A DNA stretch of 64,000 nt from Candidatus Pacearchaeota archaeon. GTDB taxonomy: Archaea > Nanobdellota > Nanobdellia > Pacearchaeales > GW2011-AR1. Each line of letters opens with the position of its first letter. Position 1 is the stretch's first letter. Under the pieces are notes generated by a model. It was given only the letters and a program-made list of their open reading frames with translations, made no database searches and was not told the DNA's origin. The DNA lies in assembly GCA_041649295.1 (NCBI GenBank), contig JBAZNI010000001.1:11456-75455 (forward strand), given 5' to 3'. Shown one piece after another: positions 51,201 to 58,064 of the stretch. The position numbers and the translations under genes were made by a program.

Positions 51201-52171
51201 GTTTTTATCTCTCCATTTACGCATAATTCCCTATAATGTCTGCTGCCGACAACATCCCTGCCACTTCCAACAACTCCGTCATAAACACACCACGATTCCC
51301 CATTCTTCCTTGTTTTTAATCCATCTTTGCAATTTAAATTTCTGCAAGTGTAATCTCCATTTAATTTTTTCTTATCAACGCCTTTTCTATAAGCGCCACA
51401 GATACTTCCTTTATTATAGTCGCAATTCCCGCATGTAGATAGTAGCGAGTTATCACCAATTGGATTGCAGGATAATTCTTTGCTTAAAACTTTGCCATTA
51501 TTCCACGAACGAGCTTTGTTAGAATCATAGATATTTTCAGGATTTCCGCACGAATCAAACCAATACACCTCATCTTTTTCATCTACACACCCAGTTGTTT
51601 TTTGCCTTTCACAGTTTGTTTCTAGTTCAGGGTTTGAACATAAGTAATTATTAAAAAATTCTCCTCTTACAGAATCACATTCTGTCTTAGTTGTAAATTT
51701 GCAGTTATACTTAACTTCACTTTCTGTTTTAAATCTGCACGCACCCTTTTCCAAACTTTGAGTTGATTCAATACATGATAATTCACTAGTTATTGATTTG
51801 TCAAATTTAGATTCAACTCCAAACATTTCACTTAATTTTGAACATCTTGTTTCTGTTACTAATTGGGATTCTAACCCTAAAGAACAGCATCCTTTTGCGC
51901 ATAATAAATTGTCGCACCCCTCTCCTGCTATCCATTTTCCATTTTCATTAGCTTCGCATGTTTTACTTCCTGAATTAGGAGAGCACAAACCTTCTTCTGT
52001 ATCAAAACAACATCCAGGAGTTCCACCTGAGCTTTCTAAGGTACCTTCAATGCTAAAATCATCAGCAGCAGAAACAGGTTTAATTTCTAAACCAACTAAA
52101 TAAGCAAATGCCACAATCCCAAATATCAATAAAGTTATTTCAAATGTAGATATTTTTCCTTTAGTTTTCAT
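48251..52171 (-). CDS. giant Cys-rich surface protein, a fusion of type-A and type-B proteins via a Gly/Thr/Ser/Ala-rich linker and a TM
   Basis: The track ORF is 1319 aa. The start is placed at MKTKGK (52171), which overlaps the upstream stop as ATGA. It has a signal peptide ending VSA, an N-terminal half like 45300-47192, low complexity at about 49958-50404, and a C-terminal half like 41599-43848. Confidence 0.75.
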   Translation of the reverse strand: MKTKGKISTFEITLLIFGIVAFAYLVGLEIKPVSAADDFSIEGTLESSGGTPGCCFDTEEGLCSPNSGSKTCEANENGKWIAGEGCDNLLCAKGCCSLGLESQLVTETRCSKLSEMFGVESKFDKSITSELSCIESTQSLEKGACRFKTESEVKYNCKFTTKTECDSVRGEFFNNYLCSNPELETNCERQKTTGCVDEKDEVYWFDSCGNPENIYDSNKARSWNNGKVLSKELSCNPIGDNSLLSTCGNCDYNKGSICGAYRKGVDKKKLNGDYTCRNLNCKDGLKTRKNGESWCVYDGVVGSGRDVVGSRHYRELCVNGEIKTEPCADYRKEICVETSAMGSVVGGLAADIPGVSGLVSSSLPDQSGAFCRTNMWEDCGGRTVLNCAQNPDCMPKVVYVSNDFYFTGCVPKYPPGFELGGIVEGATDQLTGELGGQLSSSGLGALGNLGQSDNPCSKGTKTCTVVYQKKGIAPFCKWECVKNCECEKIIFTAQMNEYCQNLGDCGAKSNIAGKVTEGGYSISKKGGKAKKPPRLTGIDKIYGIFAIAIPGQSAKPGFFNNINGLDNLQMYGIDEIFGNYMGKEIDSGMFSGGQLSNTLGGSAVGATGAGLGVASLGGHALGAGAIASGTVLSGGSTATLGAGSTLTLSNGVTLTGVQGGIGVTSTGLAGVTSVSGSTVTLSSGVTGTVGGAGTTTAAAGGAGAGGASTSGGTLLGLGPTAWVGVGVLAYLGLSYLMGCGETEETEITFTCKQWQRPAVGNCGECNKDEQKPCSKYKCESLGMNCKLINEDTANPECVTVETGEGIPVISPNYEVLNKNKYSYTSVGLNGFNVRTKDGKCLPAFEHVAFGVNTNIPAQCKFSTDPKILFDSMEYSFLEGDLYSKNHTTTTYLPSAESVIAGETLNTDEFNTLISNETVMGGILDILGDVNIYVKCANTKGVTNVANYKINFCVDDGPDRTPPVIIATSPPEDSIVAYNATQWNAGFYVNEPAECRFSDEILAGTSEEQYFAMTNNMYCEDDVGSGSLLGYLCNATLQIKQKENNFYIVCRDQPWLEENNSRNIGSVYEYKLYRSDSALVIDSITPRGTVYSELEPASVELKAETSGGVNGDAYCQYSLSSLGEDIFITFYDTGKSEHNQMLNSMLFRNYTIKVRCIDTGGNTAYNEAKFELVQGTAEGVDSDGDGWTDEEEAENGTDPNDPNDYPEGDNNSDNETNNNLAPEVTRVYSQGGDIIVLTNKNSKCVYSNNALNKCEFAFDNGISMSEELKKIHIAERNDKLTYYIKCKDRFDNQNSECAVIVKHDASV

Positions 52172-52941
52172 GGAGTCTCTAATACGCATCCGCGGACAGC
52201 GAACCCCCACAATTTATTTGTTCTTGTATCTTTAACAGTATAAATTTTATTGTCATCGCCTGTCTGGAATTTCTCAATATTTGCCCATGTATTTGCTCTC
52301 ATAATTAGAGGATAATCTGAATTGCAGTATTTTGCTTCTTGTTCTATTATTGTATGGACAACAACAGCAATATTATAAATAGGGCTTGGAATCTGAATTT
52401 CATATTTGCTAAATCCTTTTTTATCATCTGCTTTTGAAATTTTAAATTCCCGGTTTATATTAATTTCTATTTTTCCAGAAAGCAGAACAACTTCATAATC
52501 CATATCTTTTTCAAGAACAACTTCATACCCCTCTTTTTCATATTTTGCTTTTATATCATTAAAGCATTTTTGGGCTTTTGGCAGGGAATAATCATAAATT
52601 TCATCTTCTATATGATTTATTAAAACAGGATTTACAGGCTGGCATTTTGCATTGTTTTTTGAAGTATAGCATAAATAAGGGTATTCTTTATTTTCGAATT
52701 TTTTAACTTCATTTGGCAGTTTTACATAACCTCCGTTATCAATAATCATATTTGATGCATCTTCAACAGCTTCTCTTACACACTGCATAACCTCCTGATT
52801 TGGCTCTTGTGATGGTTTTGGGGATATTGGAAGTTTTCCATTTTTATATAGAATAAATAAAAAAATAACAGCCACAATTATTAATACTGCAATAATTATA
52901 AAAATTGTCACCTGCCCTTTTTTATTTTTCACCTTTTTCAT
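52168..52941 (-). CDS. pilin-like protein (class III signal peptide), paralog of 47299-48090
   Basis: 257 aa. N-terminus KNKKGQ/VTIFIIIAVLIIVAVIFLF. It has ATGA overlaps with both the upstream RHH gene and the downstream giant gene. Confidence 0.65.
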   Translation of the reverse strand: MKKVKNKKGQVTIFIIIAVLIIVAVIFLFILYKNGKLPISPKPSQEPNQEVMQCVREAVEDASNMIIDNGGYVKLPNEVKKFENKEYPYLCYTSKNNAKCQPVNPVLINHIEDEIYDYSLPKAQKCFNDIKAKYEKEGYEVVLEKDMDYEVVLLSGKIEININREFKISKADDKKGFSKYEIQIPSPIYNIAVVVHTIIEQEAKYCNSDYPLIMRANTWANIEKFQTGDDNKIYTVKDTRTNKLWGFAVRGCVLETP

Positions 52942-53075
52942 TTTTTACTATTCACTAAGTTTAATATTGCTTCCTCAATAGCATGAGAAACATTCCTGAA
53001 ACTTGATTTTTTTAAGAAATCCTCTAATTTTTTTTTAGTGCTCTCTTCAATAGTCGCAGACACCCTTACTTTCAT
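52938..53075 (-). CDS. 45-aa ribbon-helix-helix (CopG/Arc-like) protein
   Basis: Not on the ORF track. Translation: MKVRVSATIEESTKKKLEDFLKKSSFRNVSHAIEEAILNLVNSKK, a strand-helix-helix pattern. Its stop TGA overlaps the ATG of the pilin-like gene. A TATA-like tatataaag lies about 25 nt upstream. Confidence 0.6.
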   Translation of the reverse strand: MKVRVSATIEESTKKKLEDFLKKSSFRNVSHAIEEAILNLVNSKK

Positions 53076-53178
53076 TTAATTAATACAAAATAATACTTTA
53101 TATACTTTTTCATATTTAGTGGATTTTGTGTGATGAAGTAATATAAACAAGTAGGTAATAAATAATCACCCCCTACAA

Positions 53179-53820
53179 TTACATTGGGTAATAAATTCCA
53201 TCGATGCATACTTGACCAGCAGGACGAATACTTGATTCGTGGTAATCAATGAAACAATAATCTCGAATAAGACTTGCAAATGGAAATGCTTTTATAGCGC
53301 ATTCTTTTGCTGCTTCCAGCCCCACTCTACAACAATTTGTAATTTTATAATATTTTGGTTTAACACAAGTTCCAGTTTCCTTGCCTTTTGGTATGCAACA
53401 TTTTGTAGGTATAGCATTTATATAGATGCCATAACAATTGGAATTAGTTTTACATCCACATTTAGATGCAGTTACACCGTTAGTATTTTGAAAATTATTA
53501 ATACATATGTGCCCTGCAGAACTTTTTGAACAGTCTGAATCAAGACTGCAAAATACACAATGGCAGTCATGCGGATCAAGACTTGAGCATCCAAGAGTGG
53601 TGTCTATTTTCATAACACATCGTGGTGTTCCACGTTCACAATGTTCATCATTATAACAACAAGAACCTTCTTTTGGATTTTTACATCCCTCATCACCAGG
53701 GCTAAGTAAAATATTTTTGCTTTTCAAATAATTTCCAACACCAACCAAAACAAGAGCAATTATCAAAACAGAAATAACAATATAAATAAGTTTCCTGTTT
53801 TTCCTAACCCCTTTTTTCAT
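53179..53820 (-). CDS. Cys-rich secreted or anchored protein (213 aa, ~29 Cys)
   Basis: N-terminal TM or signal IYIVISVLIIALVLVGVG, followed by dense CC/CxC patterning (GSCCYNDEHC, CHCVFC, CGC, KCCIP, NCC). Confidence 0.55.
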   Translation of the reverse strand: MKKGVRKNRKLIYIVISVLIIALVLVGVGNYLKSKNILLSPGDEGCKNPKEGSCCYNDEHCERGTPRCVMKIDTTLGCSSLDPHDCHCVFCSLDSDCSKSSAGHICINNFQNTNGVTASKCGCKTNSNCYGIYINAIPTKCCIPKGKETGTCVKPKYYKITNCCRVGLEAAKECAIKAFPFASLIRDYCFIDYHESSIRPAGQVCIDGIYYPM

Positions 53821-53831
53821 TTTTATCTAAA

Positions 53832-54506
53832 TTGAACAGTATTTATAAATATTGTTATTTTTTACAGAATATGTTAAATAATAAAACTAAAAAAATAATT
53901 TTATTGGTATCCGGAAGTTTTTTTATCTTATTTGGATTATTTGCAATGTTTTTTTCAGTTTATAATGGGACCCCTGAATGGATTTTATGGGCGTGCTATA
54001 TTGGAATGATAATAATTGGAATTGGAATTCTTATAAAAGATGGAGAGTTAATTGCGAGCCAGTTAAATATTTTAACAATTCCCTTATTGCTTTGGACTTT
54101 TGATTTTATTTACACTTTATTTACTGGCAGGAATATTTTAGGAATGGCAGAATATTTTTTTGATAGAGTTGATTTAGTTCCAAAAGTAATAAGTTTAGAA
54201 CATTTATTCCTCCTTCCTATTGGATTTTTTGCACTTTATCTTATAGGGTTGAAAGAAAGAGATTCATGGAAGATAAGTTATATTCAGCTTACAGCAGTCT
54301 TTTTGATAATGAAACTATTTAGAATAACAGATTCAAATGTAAATTGTATTTCTTACCCTTGCTGGAATTTCCCGATTTTTCAGCCGTATTTTATTGAATG
54401 GTTCTTAATTATTTTTACAGCAGTTGCACTTACATCCTTTATGATTAATAAACTTTTTTTAACAAAAACCACTAATCCTCATTATCAACTCTTGGAGCAA
54501 GGATAA
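53832..54506 (+). CDS. polytopic membrane protein (hypothetical)
   Basis: 224 aa with about 6 hydrophobic segments. The probable start is MLNNKTKK at 53871. Confidence 0.5.
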   Translation: MNSIYKYCYFLQNMLNNKTKKIILLVSGSFFILFGLFAMFFSVYNGTPEWILWACYIGMIIIGIGILIKDGELIASQLNILTIPLLLWTFDFIYTLFTGRNILGMAEYFFDRVDLVPKVISLEHLFLLPIGFFALYLIGLKERDSWKISYIQLTAVFLIMKLFRITDSNVNCISYPCWNFPIFQPYFIEWFLIIFTAVALTSFMINKLFLTKTTNPHYQLLEQG

Positions 54507-55203
54507 AAGAGAGATTTACATTGTTTATTTTGAAATCGAGCTTGACAGGATGGTCTGATGAAAAATTTACATAAACTGTATCAGTTAATTTGCTTGCTTT
54601 GATAAATTTCTGAAGATATTCCAGGCTGTATTTTGATTTTGATTCGCCCGAGATTATTTTAACTTCATCTGTTGAAAATTCAGCTCTTGCAGAGTTTAAT
54701 CCTGATGCTTCAATAACAAAACTTTCAGGAGTTGCAATCAGAGTGCATGCGTCTGCGACAACTAGACAATCTTCAACTGCATCAACCAAATCCTGTGAAT
54801 TCATCTGTATCTGGGATAAAAATTCCAAACTTGGAGGTTCTTTGTCCTCACTTTCTATTTCAATTAGTGCTATTGAAAAACTTCTTTTAACTCTGTCAAA
54901 AATATCGATTTTAAGAGCTCCTTCACTGCTTTCAAGAGATATGTAGCTTCCTGCTTTTGCTCTTTTTAAAACCGCTTTTAAATTATCGAGATTTACGCCA
55001 AGAATCTCATTTCCCCCATTGAATTCACTAAATGACTCTTTTGGAATTTTAAAAGAAACCATTGCAACATTTGCAGGGTCAATTGCATTTATTCTAATGC
55101 CTGTTCCATCTACTTTGATTTTAACTTCTGTAACAAGCTCTGAAATTATAGATATAATATCTGATAACACCTTAGGATTCTCAAGTTTAGCAAACATATT
55201 CAA
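54472..55203 (-). CDS. pcn: DNA polymerase sliding clamp (PCNA)
   Basis: 243 aa. FAKLENPKVLSDIISIISELVTEVKIKVDGTGIRINAIDPANVAMVSF is the typical archaeal PCNA N-terminus, and the length is typical. Confidence 0.88.
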   Translation of the reverse strand: MNMFAKLENPKVLSDIISIISELVTEVKIKVDGTGIRINAIDPANVAMVSFKIPKESFSEFNGGNEILGVNLDNLKAVLKRAKAGSYISLESSEGALKIDIFDRVKRSFSIALIEIESEDKEPPSLEFLSQIQMNSQDLVDAVEDCLVVADACTLIATPESFVIEASGLNSARAEFSTDEVKIISGESKSKYSLEYLQKFIKASKLTDTVYVNFSSDHPVKLDFKINNVNLSFILAPRVDNED

Positions 55204-55292
55204 CTTAATATGAGTTTGCTTTTAAGTTTTGTTATAGTTCTGTTGCTATAGTAAGAGGCATAAAATAAGAAGAATTGTCTCCTTAAAGTTAA

Positions 55293-55619
55293 TCAAAAAA
55301 TAATAATTCCTCTTTCTTTTGCTTCTTTTGCAATTGTAACCATCTTAGACAATCGGTTAAACTCTTTCGGAGTATAGCAAATAACCTCCAAATCAATATA
55401 TTCATCCCAATATCCAATAACTTCAGACATTCTTTTTCTAAATGGGACCCCTTTAAAATCTTTTGAGATTAATATTAAATCCACATCGCTGTTAAATACC
55501 CAATCTCCTCTCGCTCTGCTTCCAAATAAGATAGCTCTGTCTATTTTAAATTTTTTATTTACTTTTTTAAGATATTCGTTTAGCAATTTAATTACTCTTT
55601 CATTTGTGTACTTATCCAT
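55293..55619 (-). CDS. minimal nucleotidyltransferase (MNT) domain protein
   Basis: 108 aa with the LFGSRARGDWVFNSDVDLILIS (GS-x10-DxD) motif. Confidence 0.85.
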   Translation of the reverse strand: MDKYTNERVIKLLNEYLKKVNKKFKIDRAILFGSRARGDWVFNSDVDLILISKDFKGVPFRKRMSEVIGYWDEYIDLEVICYTPKEFNRLSKMVTIAKEAKERGIIIF

Positions 55620-55987
55620 TCAATTACCTCCTTCGTGTTATTTAGTAGTTTTAGACTTTCTTTTTTACTATAAAGTTTATAAGGTATTTCTCCACTTGCA
55701 TCAGCATATCTTGTAGCATAATATTCTGGAGATATATTTTTTAAAGTTTCTTCATACCTCTTTGGGATTCCTGCAATTCTTCCCAATTTAATTAAGGAGT
55801 GGATAAACGGATTTTCTTTATTATACAAAAGAATATACGATTTAAGTGCTTTTTCTAAAGATTGCTGGCACCAAAAAACAGAAGCATAATAATCCCCTGA
55901 TTTTAAACTGTTCTCAGCAGTTCTAAGGTCAGCTTTTGCCTGTTCCCAGTTGTTTTTTATTTCTTCTCTCATAATGCTTGTTAGCAA
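55592..55987 (-). CDS. HEPN domain protein (pairs with MNT)
   Basis: 131 aa, overlapping the MNT gene start. It has a helical HEPN pattern (AENSLKSGDYYASVFWCQQSLEKALKSYIL ... YATRYAD). Confidence 0.8.
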   Translation of the reverse strand: MLTSIMREEIKNNWEQAKADLRTAENSLKSGDYYASVFWCQQSLEKALKSYILLYNKENPFIHSLIKLGRIAGIPKRYEETLKNISPEYYATRYADASGEIPYKLYSKKESLKLLNNTKEVIEWISTQMKE

Positions 55988-56118
55988 GAAGAATATTTAA
56001 ACTTTCACTAAGATTTTTACTAATTGTATAGTTTAATGACATGTGTCTGCGGTTAAACAGATTATGCTATAGATATTTAACTGTCTAAATGTATTTAAAA
56101 TATTCTTAGCAATTAGAA

Positions 56119-57687
56119 ATGTGTAAAATGGCTGAAAAAGAGGAGTTTAGCAAAGAAATAAAAGAACAGAGAGTAAGAAAAATAGCACTCTCTTATTATT
56201 CTAGAAAAGATGTTTTAGATGCTCTTTACAAATTTTCTGAATACAGGGAAATCTCCCCTAGGTATTTTGAAGGATTTGGAAAGCGCCCAGATTCATTCCA
56301 GTATCCTTCTGATATTCTTGCACTTGTTAAAAAAGGAGCAACAAGCTTTCATGCAAGTGAAGAATTATGGGCTAATCCCCTTGATTTGATTACAGGAATT
56401 GATACAGAAGAGCTTAAAAAACTAAGAACCGGATGGGATTTGGTAATAGATATAGACTGCAAATGGATAGAATATAGCAAAAAAGCAGCACAGGCGATTA
56501 TAAAATCTTTAGAATACATGGGTGTTAAAAATATAGGGGTGAAATTCTCGGGCAACAAAGGGTTTCATATAATTGTCCCTTCAAAAGCTTTTCCAGAGAA
56601 ATTAGGGGATATAAAAACTAGTGATATGTTTCCTGAATGGCCAAGAGCAATACTGGGATATGTAACTGAACTTTCAAGCCCGATTCTTGCAGATTTAATA
56701 AAAGACACAGCATCTGATTTTTCATCAATAAAAGGTTTTACAGGGATAAAATGTGAAAACTGCAATAATATATCTCAGGAAAAGTTTAAAGTCACTTTAA
56801 GGTGCAATAATCATTCTTCGCCATATATTGAAACATTTAATTCTTCAACAGGAGAATATTCCAAGAAGAAATGCCCTAATTGCAATAAAGAATTAAAAGA
56901 AATAACAAGGGAAAAATATTATTACTGTTCAAAATGCAGTTTAAACTCAATTGAGCATAAAGGAAATTTTAATGAGACAATTCTTTCAACAGATTTATAT
57001 AAGATTTTAGGATTGGATGTCCAGCTGGTTTCTTCACGCCATTTATTTAGAATGCCTTATTCTTTGCATGAAAAAACATCATTGGCAAGTGTTGTAATTG
57101 ATAAAAGTGATTTAAAGAATTTTAGTTTAAAAGATGCAGACCCCCTTAATATTAAGATTAAAAATTTTATCCCAGATTCAAAAGAAGGTGAAGCAGGAAA
57201 ACTGCTTTTGCAGGCAATTGACTGGCAGAAGTCGCAGGAAAAAGAAAATAAGATAACTTATGAAAATAAAGAAAATTCAAAAAGTAAAAAATTTAAGCCA
57301 CTTGAATTGGGAGCAGTCAGGGAGGAATTTTTCCCTCCTGCAATTAACAAGATATTAAAAGGTATGACTGATGGAAAAAAAAGGGCGCTATTTATTTTAA
57401 TAAACTTTTTCCGTTCAATTAATTTAAGTGCAGAAGAAACTGAGAAAAGAATAAATGAATGGAATAAGCTTAATAGTCCCCAATTAAGACAGGGATATGT
57501 TAATTCTCAGTTAATATGGGCAGCAAAGCATGAAATTGTTCCCCCTCCGAATTTTGATAATGAAATCTATAAGGCAATAGGAGTTTATGAAACAGACAGT
57601 TTAAGTGAAAAAGTTAAAAATCCTTTGACATATGTTTCACGCAGAATAAATATGGAAAAAAAGCAGAAAAAATATTCTAGAAAATGA
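56119..57687 (+). CDS. fused DNA primase: PriS catalytic domain, Zn ribbon insert and a Cys-less PriL-CTD-like helical domain
   Basis: 522 aa. AEP motifs are WDLVIDIDCK, FSGNKGFHIIVP and RMPYSLHEKTS, with CENCNN...CPNC...CSKC zinc-binding pairs. The C-terminal FPPAINKILKGMTDGKKRALFILINFFRSINLS resembles the PriL FPPC(M/I) helix-bundle region, with Ala in place of Cys. Confidence 0.8.
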   Translation: MCKMAEKEEFSKEIKEQRVRKIALSYYSRKDVLDALYKFSEYREISPRYFEGFGKRPDSFQYPSDILALVKKGATSFHASEELWANPLDLITGIDTEELKKLRTGWDLVIDIDCKWIEYSKKAAQAIIKSLEYMGVKNIGVKFSGNKGFHIIVPSKAFPEKLGDIKTSDMFPEWPRAILGYVTELSSPILADLIKDTASDFSSIKGFTGIKCENCNNISQEKFKVTLRCNNHSSPYIETFNSSTGEYSKKKCPNCNKELKEITREKYYYCSKCSLNSIEHKGNFNETILSTDLYKILGLDVQLVSSRHLFRMPYSLHEKTSLASVVIDKSDLKNFSLKDADPLNIKIKNFIPDSKEGEAGKLLLQAIDWQKSQEKENKITYENKENSKSKKFKPLELGAVREEFFPPAINKILKGMTDGKKRALFILINFFRSINLSAEETEKRINEWNKLNSPQLRQGYVNSQLIWAAKHEIVPPPNFDNEIYKAIGVYETDSLSEKVKNPLTYVSRRINMEKKQKKYSRK

Positions 57688-57720
57688 TTGTTATAATATA
57701 GAAAAACTTATATTCTTATT

Positions 57721-58023
57721 ATGTTTAAACCAGATATGCCAGAAATAAATAGAGGAGAGTTTATTGAAAAAATAGGATTAGCAGGAGTTATATCTTTCTT
57801 TACATCATGTGCTGCCCAAAAGACCCGGGAGATTAACCCTGAGAAAAGAGATATTTTAGATATTCAAAGAGTTGAACGTTTTGATATTAGTGGAAGAAGG
57901 CAGAATTATTATAGGGTTGTATATAAGGGCGATGATGTTAGAAACATTCAATTTAAAGTTACTCCTGATGATAATGATTATAGAAGAGTTGATTTAGAAT
58001 ACAGAAAGGTATATGGGCATTAG
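57721..58023 (+). CDS. small putative lipoprotein
   Basis: 100 aa. INRGEFIEKIGLAGVISFFTSC is a signal-like segment ending in a lipobox-like Cys. Confidence 0.45.
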   Translation: MFKPDMPEINRGEFIEKIGLAGVISFFTSCAAQKTREINPEKRDILDIQRVERFDISGRRQNYYRVVYKGDDVRNIQFKVTPDDNDYRRVDLEYRKVYGH

Positions 58024-58064
58024 TTGCTCTTAACAAAATTTTTAAACTCTCTCTTCTTTAGATT

